Positions 27,295-37,122 of a stretch of 64,000 nucleotides of DNA are shown here, one piece after another (the stretch's first letter is position 1; the number at the start of each line of letters is the position of its first letter). The notes below the pieces were generated by a model, which saw only the letters and a list, made by a program, of their open reading frames with translations, did not search any database and was not told the DNA's origin. A program made the position numbers and the translations under genes. This DNA is from Iphione sp. A-MEVVRFRX5 (taxonomy: Eukaryota), in assembly GCA_976226885.1 (NCBI GenBank), contig OZ320315.1:38316001-38380000 (forward strand), read 5' to 3'.

Positions 27295-30200
27295 GTTCCC
27301 CTTTATTTGCTTCTTCTCATAGTATATTGAAGACAATAAATCTACATTAGTACTTCTCTAAGGCCAATTTTATTTTATTTTTGGCCAAAAGGCCAATTTT
27401 AGCTGTCCTCCTTAATGGACGTATTATCCGTGATGACAGGCAACGTAAATGGAATTGAAACTGTGTATAAATATTGTAGGAACCTGTTTAAATTACCAGG
27501 TAGGCGACCCACCTGATATTACAATCGAGATGCAATGGACAATTACATTATACATGTATTATCAACCTCGGGGGACCCGGTCAAGCGAGAGTCCGCAATT
27601 GGCTGGACCTGGTGTCGTTTGCGGGCTTCTGCTGTAGTTGACCCGATTATGTCAAAGTGACAGAGCATGTGAAGTTTTCTCCACAGTTTCTCGTCTATTG
27701 TCCAGGTGTTGGAAGGAACAAGTCGTATCCGGTGACGTTGCTCATGGACACGTTCGGTCGGGCCGGTGGCGACTACCATACGTCATACTTCCCGCTGCCC
27801 ACGTTCGTCTCCTCCAGACGCTACTACTGCCACCTAGCGGGATCTAACTTCATCAATCTCGATTTCCGTCATCCGGGATATCACGAGATCTCTATCCACG
27901 GACCGCCAGAAGATATTTACTACAACGTCCAGCCCAGCTTTGAAAAACTGATCCGTGCGCTGACCTACTTCCTGTGGCGTCAGCCCGAGCTGCCCAGCTG
28001 GCTGCACACGGGCGCCATCTTAGGGGTTCAAGGAGGCACCAAAAGGGTCCGAATCCATCTCAACTTTCTTATTTATGCTTCTTTTGTGGCAACACCATTT
28101 CAAAACGCATATTTGCGCGTCTGCTTTACTTTGTTGGGCTCATGGCTGCAGAGGCACGAGAGAATTTGGACATAAGACTACGAGTGAGAATAACTCCACT
28201 ACGCGAGAAGAAATATATTAATTTCCCATTTTAATTGCTGTCACCGGAGGCTCTAATTGGATGACATTTATTCCATATAAAAAAAGAGAGGCGACGCCAC
28301 TGCTAGAATTATTTCAAGTCTGTCCTTCAAATGATATTTACGGAAGTCCATGCAGCGAGCACAGATTGCCGAGCCGATTCAATTTTTGCAAATTTAATTT
28401 GTCAAAGTTACATTGTTATGATCACGTCGTTTTTTTTTGCTCGTAGATGCTGGAATACTACAGGGAAGCGAGGGATGCAGGCGTTCAAGTGAGTGGTCTG
28501 TGGATACAGGATTGGTCCGGCAATATCTACACTGACTTTGGCAAGCGGGTATACTGGGACTGGGTGTGGAACAAGGAACACTATCCTGGTAAGAATAAAA
28601 CTCCATTCACAGGTGGTCTTGCATGGTATATCTCCGTCGGAAGTGCTCGCGCAAAATCGATTGACTATCCACACAAGATATAACCCCTCTAAAGGAATTA
28701 GGTTTTGGTTTCTTTTCAGTTGTTTCTTCATACATTAATCTCAAGAGTGGCCTACTTTTACTTACACGACATATTCTTCTCATGTCCGTGGCAGTACGAA
28801 TGGGTGGGGAATATGGTAAAGGAGCCGTAGCGTCAACGATTGTTAAACTGACCTACGTCCCAGGTGCAGGACATGTCGATATGATGAAATGAAACCATTA
28901 TATGTAATATATCTTATGGTGACTAAATGTAACTTATATTTACCAAATACCTGGCTTCGTGCCTCTTGCTTCCATATGAGTAGATGATACCAATATTGAC
29001 TGCATGGTACGGTGTCCTGTCATGGCGCCAGGCCATATTGCATGTAAGAAATACCATGCTATCTGCTTCAAAGCGGACGGTTTTGTTAATTTATCAAGTT
29101 GATTTTAATCACAATGGTTTCTTTAAATTTGTGTGATTCAAAGAGTTCGTTAAATTCGTTATGTTTTCCGGTTAAGGAATCTCCGAAAGGGGGGGAACCC
29201 TCTTGTATCATGCACGAAACACAAATTAATTAGGCTTTTTCTTTCCTTCCATACGCTTCACTGCAGTGTAACCTTCATTCACGTAGCATTCGTTGCATCT
29301 GCGTATTGCCCTATATTTACGAGCGGACCAATGTAATATCCAGTTGCTTTTTCCCCTCACGTGACATTCAATTCAGAACTAGATCGTGAAATTAAACGGC
29401 TTAAGGAGGAAGGAGTACGCGTGTTAGCCTACATCACTCCTAATCTGCACAGCGAAGGGACACTCTTTCAAGAGGCGGAGAGAAAAGGCTACTTCCTTAA
29501 GACCAGGGAAGGGAAAACATATCTACAAGATTTTATGCAGTTCTACTGTGGTACGGTTGACCTTACAAATCCAGAAGCATTCAACTGGTATAAAGGTAAG
29601 AAAGAGGAGAGGTAGGTTATAACATTTTCGTATTTTACTTTGACGGGGTAACGACCTCAATGATCTCACGTAGAAAGTCAATACGCAAATGGTTTCAGCC
29701 TGAAGGGTGGCCTGTGTCTATGGCTGACCATTTCATCTCAATATTCCGGCTTGTCATGCGGCGGTGTCGGCAGGGGTGCCATGTAAGCTACTCGTATATT
29801 ATGGCGGGTGATGATCGAGGTTCGCCGGCTGACGAACCCGACCGCTTCTTTTCACCTTATTGCGTTGGCGCCTGATGTACGTCTGACACGCGCCCGTGCC
29901 TTCTGCCCCAGGCGTGGTGACGAACAACCTCATAGGCCTGGGCCTGGGTGGCTGGATGGCTGACTTCTCCGAGTACACGCCTGTCGACGCCATCTTCCAC
30001 GACGGAACCGACGGCCGACTGATGCACAACCGTTTCCCGGTGCTGTGGGCGCGACTGAACCGGGAGGCCGTGGCCGAGGCGGGCAAGCTGGGCGAGATCA
30101 TGTTCTTTATGAGAGCTGGGGGCACAGGTGAGTCAGGCACGAGAATGCATTACATCGATGGGCGAGATGGGATTTCCTCTCATTTGTACCCCTCCGAGTG

Positions 30201-33200
30201 ATTGTGAATGTAGGCTTCCGGCACATTCGTGTAGGTACCTCATCTGGTCAGCACCACATTTATTATATTTGCATAGTGTCCACAGGGCTGCAGTTCCATA
30301 TAGATAAGGTGCCCTTATCCTTAAGAGCCTACAATCTGAAACTATACACAGACCCATATAATGTAAAAGTGACGAGAGCGTTACAGTACAGAGAAAAAGG
30401 GGAAATAAATCCGCTCTACATGTATAAATGACTAATTCCACCAATAGATGTACCAGCGGTATTCTCCAGAACTATTAAAAACTACAGGAAGAAGACATTT
30501 TATAGTGGTAGAAACTGTTATAGCTTCCTCATTTTCCTAGACCAAGGCATAGCGAAAAAGATGTAAATTTTCAATTGGAATTTGATTTACACCACAAAAA
30601 CACCATCCCGGAGAATACATTTTGGTACATCTATTGGTGGAATCAGTCAGATGTATATTCAACATTTCAAGGTGGTTTAATCATTAAACGCCAAATACAT
30701 GCATACTCATGGATTCAGATGAGTTTCGCACAACTCAGAATGTCTGCCAAATGAACAAACATAATATATAAAGCTGCAAATGATAAAAGAACATAAGTAA
30801 ATGTCAACACTGTGCCTCTTATAACAAACATATCCGTATAGCGAAGGATGTAATGAAGCGGCAAACAACCATGGGAGCCTTTTGCAAAAGGTCGGACAAA
30901 TACGTACTTTCAATATCCATTTACAGTCACCCGCCCTCCCACGAGAGGCTTCAGGTTGCGCAGGAATTGATTAAAATGTTATATTGCCACATTCTCAGTG
31001 AAGATCGTGCCCGGCATTTTGCCCCCCCCTTCTAAGTCCTTTGAACAATTCGTAGTACTTTGTCGCAGTACTTGATTCGGTGTGCAACGGATTCAGTCAA
31101 AGGCAATACGCATCAATCGCTGTCGCGTACTGAATCACACAGTAAAGGCATTTATTGCCTTCATGGAAGCACACGTGGATGTGTGGACGCATCCTCATGA
31201 GTGATATCGTAGAAACTTAGCCATTCTTTCGGTCGAAATAACTGTTACTAAACCGATATTTTTCTGATGCATCGTTTTTTAACCAAATAAAACGCACCGA
31301 ACGCACTATATTGATTTTCCTTATTACTCAGCGAATCTCAACAGTAAATCTTTTTGCAACATTGACTTTTTGAGAGGAGGTAGAGACTACCCTGTTCTGT
31401 AAACAAGAAAGCAAAAGGTACAGTAGCAACTCACCTAGTTGGCAATACAGCTGGGAGGGCAACTCTAAATATGAGGCAAGTTTGGCTGGTCCTTAAAGCA
31501 TATTTTCTGAAACCAATTTAGGTAGCAAATCAGTCATAATTGAGGACAGATTTGTCCTGTTCCATTGGTGGTCGTAATTCTTAGTTCATACTGTATTCCC
31601 ACATGTGATGCTCCACACGCGAGTCAGCAATGAAACTGCTTCCTTTGGGAATATTAAAAAAAAAAGTTCCAACCCATTAAAAAAGAGAATATTTTATGGG
31701 GTCCGTAGGTTCCCAGCGGTTCACGACGATGACCTGGGCAGGCGACCAGAACGTCGACTGGAGCTACTCCGATGGGCTCGCCACCGTTATTCCCGCCGCC
31801 CTGTCGCTCGGCCTCAGTGGCGTAGGACTAACCCACTTCGACATCGGCCTCTACACGACCATGGTGAAGACCGCCAGCTTGCCGCCCGTCTCCGTCGAGC
31901 TGAATATGACCCGCTCGGAGGAGCTGCTCCTACGGTCGGCCGAACTCGCCGTCTTTACCGCCATCATGCGGACGCACGAGGGTAAGAAGAGCCACCCGCC
32001 CGCCAAAGAGAATTCTGCTCCCTGCTTGCGACCTTAATTCCATCAGAGAAATGCTAATCTTATCAACTTGCGGCTCTGACCGTGTTTCTTCCTTTCTGAG
32101 TTTTCTGCTCCTAAACCGGCCGGCAGACCAATGACGGTCGAAGAGCCCCCATTTTGTATATCTTGCCCACGTACTTATTATGTGCCATTTGTTTCGATAC
32201 GTTTTTTTTTTCTCTGAGAATACCTTTGCAACGAATTAAAGTTCCCAAGTGTCTTCGATAGTTGTCTAATTGGTAATGGCATACCATTTTCACGTGGGGT
32301 GGCTTCCCTCACGCAAACTGTTGATGGGCACGCTAGGGATGTGCCATAAATAACATCTCTCAGAATGATAATGCTTTTTGACAATAGTGGCGCTGTCATC
32401 GGCAGATATCACTGCATCGATTTTAGGATTATCGCATTGAACGACTACTGGTTAAAAGTTGATTGTCTGAAAAATTAAATCAGATAACCACAGGGCAAGT
32501 CATTTATATTCCTTTTATTATCGCTATGCTCTAATGGGCACCCAAAACGACTTCTCATGGTACAATTAGCGTTATCAGACGTTGGCGAGAGGCTTTGAAA
32601 TTGTCGTCTGCACGTTCTCGCAGCTTGTTACCACTGTACGGATATTTGATTAGTCTGCTGTGAGGTTCCTCACAATTAAATCGATTTCCCGTCTTTCTTG
32701 CTCTCACTTGAAACCTTTAGGCAACCAGCCTCAACGGAATTGGCAGCTTAACTCTAGTCCAGAGACACTGAATAGGTTTGCCACACTGACGCGCACATTC
32801 CGCCACCTCGCCGCGTATAGGAGAAGTGTAGAGAAGGAACAGTTTCGGTAAGACCATGAGCATCTGTCACCACTGCCATATATATACATACATATTGGCT
32901 GCCGGATTCAGTTAGTCCCTCAGTGATAAACCTGCAGCACGTGTGGGCTGGAAAAAATGATTTGTTAGTGAAAGTAACCTAGGGCAAGAGTGCAGTCTTC
33001 AATTCAAATCCTACCAACGTCGGTCCCTGTATGATGTTTGGATCAAGTGCCAATAGAAGAGGTCTATGTATGGCCACGAATCGCGCTAGTAGATTGTTCG
33101 TTGACAAATTGGCCTCTTCTGGGTCTCCCCAGTTCTTGGAAAATGCCGAACAGTGATTTGGTGTTTAAAAAGCAAGGTCTAACTCATTATCACCCAAGGA

Positions 33201-34006
33201 CCCTTGGGGATAGTAATTGCGCGTTAACAAATTCCAGGGTGAAAATAATTGTTAAGCACATTCAAACACGTTTTTTTTCTGGACAACAGTATTAACTGGA
33301 AGTCTGCCTTTTTGTGTGTAATTTCATTCTAATCCGCTCAGTATTAATAAGCTTTCCTGTGACCGCAGCAGAGAAAACCACACATTTTCAAAAGTTCCTC
33401 TTGTAATGACAAAACAACAATTCCTCCATTATTTTTTCTCGTCTCGCTTCCCGACGTAACACAGGTTCAGCTCACCGCCTTTAAAATAACGACGTTCCCC
33501 ATAATATGCACTTACTGAGCGGTGAACTGATGGTCTGTTTATCACCTATTCTACATATCCATAATACTTCCAGCGGCGGCTTACCGATGCAAAGGCCTCT
33601 TTTCCTTCACTACGAAGAGGACCCGAAGACATTCTCCGTGGAGTACCAGTACATGTTTGGTAGGGACCTACTGGTGGCTCCAGTTATCGAACCAGGAGTT
33701 GAGCGTTGGAAGGTGTACCTTCCCCCCGACGCATGGGAGCACCTCTTCCATGGAACTCTACACGACGGGCCTACTTGGGTGACCGTCGACGCTCCGATTG
33801 GCTGTCCTCCCGTCTTCTTTAGGAGGGACAGTAAATGGAGGGACACCTTTATACAAGTCAGACACCCAGAGGGTTTTGATTTTGATGGGCAAGCGGTTGA
33901 CACCTCGGAGGCTGTCAATTTGGAGGCGCTCCCTGTCGGACAGGTCAAGTCTAATATACAAACTGATCAAGCTCACTGTGATGGAGTGTCAGATGATTGC
34001 CATTAG
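25378..34006 (+). CDS. yihQ: Secreted GH31 sulfoquinovosidase-like alpha-glycosidase (YihQ homolog), 10 coding exons, 753 aa
   Basis: Exons 25378-25512, 25786-25971, 26562-26751, 27706-28046, 28447-28588, 29377-29595, 29912-30127, 31709-31981, 32721-32847 and 33574-34006 join through GT-AG introns with matching phases (0,0,1,0,1,1,1,1,2) into 2262 nt = 753 aa + TAG. Motifs GEQYS..DLRG, EQGVGRNK, LGVQGG, WIQDW, FGKRVYW, GWMADF (nucleophile), WAGDQNVDW (acid/base), DIGLYTT, MRTHEGN and GLPMQRPLFLHY match E. coli YihQ as recalled. N-terminal signal peptide MKKSLTLTVLLVATASVIFAVEA. The symbol denotes the bacterial homolog, not an assigned animal name. Confidence 0.93.
25786..25971 (+). CDS. SQase-like gene exon 2
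   Basis: Acceptor ttttttttcag; LLKHSRAEPLVYVG..HGNWFIEE parallels YihQ LILTHSKDNPCLWIG..RGNFSIKD; donor AGT|gtaagt. Confidence 0.85.
26562..26751 (+). CDS. SQase-like gene exon 3
   Basis: Acceptor ccttgtcag; DRLWLRLPAASDERVYGAGEQYSRLDLRG..WTREQ; donor G|gtgtgt, phase 1. Confidence 0.92.
27255..27293. repeat. (AAT)13 microsatellite in SQase intron 3
   Basis: Perfect AAT run seen directly. Confidence 0.95.
27706..28046 (+). CDS. SQase-like gene exon 4
   Basis: Acceptor attgtccag; GVGRNK..GGDYHTSYFPLPTFVSSRRYYCH..RQPELPSWL..LGVQGGTKR. The donor AGG|gtccga is weak, but it gives exact colinearity with exon 5. Confidence 0.9.
28447..28588 (+). CDS. SQase-like gene exon 5
   Basis: Acceptor ttttgctcgtag; AGVQVSGLWIQDWSG..FGKRVYWDWVWNKEHYP; donor G|gtaaga. 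Confidence 0.93.
29377..29595 (+). CDS. SQase-like gene exon 6
   Basis: Acceptor caattcag; LDREIKRLKEEGVRVLAYITP..VDLTNPEAFNWYK; donor G|gtaaga. Confidence 0.93.
29912..30127 (+). CDS. SQase-like gene exon 7 (catalytic nucleophile)
   Basis: Acceptor ttctgccccag; GGWMADFSEY..MHNRFPVLWARLN..GKLGEIMFFMRAG; donor G|gtgagt. Confidence 0.94.
30429..30649. mobile_element. MITE-like element with about 39-bp TIRs in SQase intron 7
   Basis: tgactaattccaccaatagatgtaccagcggtattctcc versus the reverse complement of ggagaatacattttggtacatctattggtggaatcagtca; atgtata occurs on both flanks (possible TSD). Confidence 0.7.
31421..31593. mobile_element. Tc1/mariner-type MITE (family B) in SQase intron 7
   Basis: TA-CAGTAGCAACTCA ... 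ttagttcataCTG-TA; colinear with 46724-46903. Confidence 0.75.
31709..31981 (+). CDS. SQase-like gene exon 8 (acid/base Asp)
   Basis: Acceptor gtccgtag; SQRFTTMTWAGDQNVDWS..DGL..DIGLYTT..MRTHE; donor G|gtaaga. Confidence 0.94.
32721..32847 (+). CDS. SQase-like gene exon 9
   Basis: Acceptor acctttag; NQPQRNWQLNSSPETLNRFA parallels YihQ NRPGDNWQFDGDAETIAHFA; donor CG|gtaaga, phase 2. Confidence 0.9.
33574..34006 (+). CDS. SQase-like gene exon 10 (terminal)
   Basis: Acceptor tacttccag; GLPMQRPLFLHY..YQYMFGRDLLVAPV..VYLP..APIGCPPVF; TAG at 34004-34006. Confidence 0.92.
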
Positions 34007-36046
34007 CCATCTTTTCCCACTTGTATTTCGTTAAGTCAACACTTACCTTTCGATTGACCCATCGCTCACCACTGACCTTGGCGTTTATTTGTAAAGGTAT
34101 AACGAGTCTGATGTCTTTGGTGCATATTACAAAAAAACCTTCAAATATCTATGATTCCTTCGATCCGCTTTATTACTAATGGTATAAAAAGGGCCTTTAA
34201 ATTGCTCAAAAATGGGGATTTCATGTGTAATATATAGACATCTGTATTCCTCTTTTCCCTCGTGTCGGACTTTTTCAGGGAAAGTTATGTAAAGTATTGT
34301 TGGGATCGAAGACTTCATCGTCAAATCAGTTATTTCAGACTGATTAGAGCCAGAGAGACTGGAATGAAGTGTTTATACGAGAATCATTCAATCATTGAGG
34401 ATATATGTTCTGTATGTGTCGCTTAGATCGTCTTGCACACAAGATATGTTGTAAAAAGTATGAATGTTTGGATGTTAAGTAGACAATTCGCAGTAAAGAG
34501 TTGTTGAGACACAATTAGTTCCATTGTAAATTTGATGAGTGTATGCAAATCGAAATTCCACAACGCTGACAATTAAACTACAGGTTGTTCGTATAATTTA
34601 TTCTAAAATAACTTGAAAAGAACATTACGCGTATATTTATATTAGAATGAACGAGTCATTTTCACATTGTTACTCTAGCACAATAATTAAAATATATATG
34701 CCAAATATACTTACATTAAATGTCTTGTTTGCAAAGAAAAACGGGTGACCATTTCATTGATCTAAATTAATGTCATGATAAATGGAACTTCCTCAAGTTC
34801 TTTTTAAGTATGAGCTCCAAATCCCATCGGAATAGCGGTTATAGCCATCATTTCTACGATTACCTGAAGTCTCAGACCAATTATTAAGTTATGTTCAAAA
34901 ATACATCCATCCCTGTGACAATTTGGTCCACCCTCAGGCACTCGTGCCTTTACCTGAATTGAATTGAAACGGTTGTCAAGCTTGTCGATTCCACACCACA
35001 TGTTTCTAACATCGCTTAGATAAAATATACTTCTTGTCTAATTTTTGACTGTCTTACTCCGTTGTGTGTATTTCAAGGACAATTAAAAGTTGCTTGAGGA
35101 GTATGAATCGGGTCTTCTCTGAATAAATGAATCAATTAACAACATCCACAATACCATGAATACCTCCTCATATACATGAATACCACTTGTCCGTTCACTA
35201 AAAAAAAAAATCATCCAAATGATCTACACCGAGGAGTCATGTGCCCTGTCGATTGCTTGCGTTAGTATTCATCTAATATCCAAGTAAACGTATTACATGA
35301 GATGTATAGCACCATCTATCGAGAAGCACGATATTTACAACCTACGCGGAAAGGAGGTTACCGTATACGATATATGAATTCCACCATTGGAACACCACTG
35401 TCACGTCATGTTCAGCCCCCGGGACAGAGGACACATTTCCACACTTTACATTGCTCTATTTACTCGAGTCATGAACGGCACATTCAATTACCAATTGAGA
35501 TTCCTGATACATCAAATTGGAGCTGCAGTCAGCATAAGCGGTCAATGGACACATTTATAAAAGAACATGTCTCGAAGGGCAAGCCGCCCTCCATATTTGG
35601 GCATGCTTTCATTTTACAACCGACCATACGCCACTCATGCCATCGGATGATGGGGCTTTTCATAAAACTGATGGCCCTAAATGCAGCCTTTAAGATTGCA
35701 GGGCACACATTAAAGCGCGGTGTTCTCATTAATGACATGGACATTTTATTCAATGCCGGAGAAACTGTAGGCCATATTGTGAACGTCGGAGGAGAAGGGA
35801 CCGCCAGCTGTTTATACCACCTGTCGGTACAACAAGACACCACACCCCTCGTCCCCCTCTTGCTATACCTTCTGGACTGTTTATAGGCGTTCAGCTAAGC
35901 TGGGGGTTTTAGCCGATAGCCTGAGGGGTTTGCTTCCAAGAGGTGGGTGGAGAACAGCAGACCCAACAGTGGACTGTGCGAATTAATGTCCCACTCGATC
36001 CAGAGAAACTGTCGGTAGACACTGCCCCGAATTCATACCTCCCTTG

Positions 36047-36090
36047 TACACGCACGCACATACATACATACATACATACACGCACACATA
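36047..36090. repeat. CA/TACA compound microsatellite
   Basis: acacgcacgcacatacatacatacatacacacgcacaca seen directly. Confidence 0.85.
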
Positions 36091-36987
36091 TCAAATGAGA
36101 CTTACATCCTATCCTCTCTCATTTCACATAAGAGTGACTACTGACACCTTTCAGTTGGGCGTCTTCCAGGACCCACTTCTCAAAGAGACATCTCCTGGTC
36201 TTATTTCTCCAATTTGTGGCCGGGCTCGGTTGAAAGGTCAGAGAGCACCGCGTCGTGCTCTTATGGGCCGTGTAAGCCTGGAGGCTGTGAAGTAACTCCC
36301 TGTTTGCGAAAAAAGAGAGAGAGAGAGCAGAATGAAACAAGAGAGCGTCTCAACGCATGTACCCGCTAGCAGCAGTTTGCTGGCAGTCGCCGGCGCCTGT
36401 GGTCAGACGGTATACACCAGTTAACCGTGCAGGCATGGGCAGCAGCAGCAGCAGGACTGTCAACCATGTCATTAGTCTAATGAGCATCTCCTATTATGAT
36501 GATGAATGGCTGTCGTGCTGGTTGTGCTTGGTACGTCCCTCCACACAAAAGTCATGATCACTGTGCTCCTCTAAGTACTGAAACCATCACACACACCGGC
36601 CGAACAGCAAGAGGGGAAAACAAGCGCGGATGTTCCGTTATTGCTCCTGTCTCGCGTTTGTCTTTTTTCCAATCATATTTTCTGCTCGGCCTCCTTTATT
36701 GTAATTGACAAAAGGAACGGGCGTGTCACTTGCTGCCTGTTTTTAATACGTCTGGTTGTATGGCAGTACCCGGAGCGTCAGTCTACAATCCATGGGACCA
36801 TATGGGCCGGAACGACTGCCTCTCCTATTATAATGCCTTGAACATAACGCTGGAAGCCGTGGTGGCCCCACACGTCTTACTTTGAAGGGATATAATTTCT
36901 TATGGTAGCATTCACCCCGCCTGTATTCTCCATACTTGCTGTCATGATGTACTTTTTTTTCAGGGGAGTAGAGTCCTGTTAGGGTAA

Positions 36988-37122
36988 TCACCGAAAGTCA
37001 TTGGGGAACTCCGTCGCGTTTCGGTAGAGGAGAGTTGCCATGGTTACGGGAGGATCTCCTTCGGTAACTACGAGGGCGAATTTGAAGAGCACCACGACGT
37101 AGGAAAGAATCAACCCGAAGAC
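36988..37122 (-). CDS. GRL terminal exon (VFGLILSYVVVLFKF...FR*)
   Basis: Strong acceptor ttttttgcctacctgttcag; SYVVVLFKF signature; TGA at 36990-36988. Confidence 0.85.
   Translation of the reverse strand, partial: VFGLILSYVVVLFKFALVVTEGDPPVTMATLLYRNATEFPNDFR

Noticed and set aside
25378-34006. Bacterial contamination as the source of the YihQ-like sequence
   Set aside because: Nine phase-consistent spliceosomal introns containing host repeats, a Kozak-like start and eukaryotic flanks.
33610-34034. Overlapping antisense and alternative-frame ORFs in the last SQase exon
   Set aside because: Shadow ORFs of the real coding exon.
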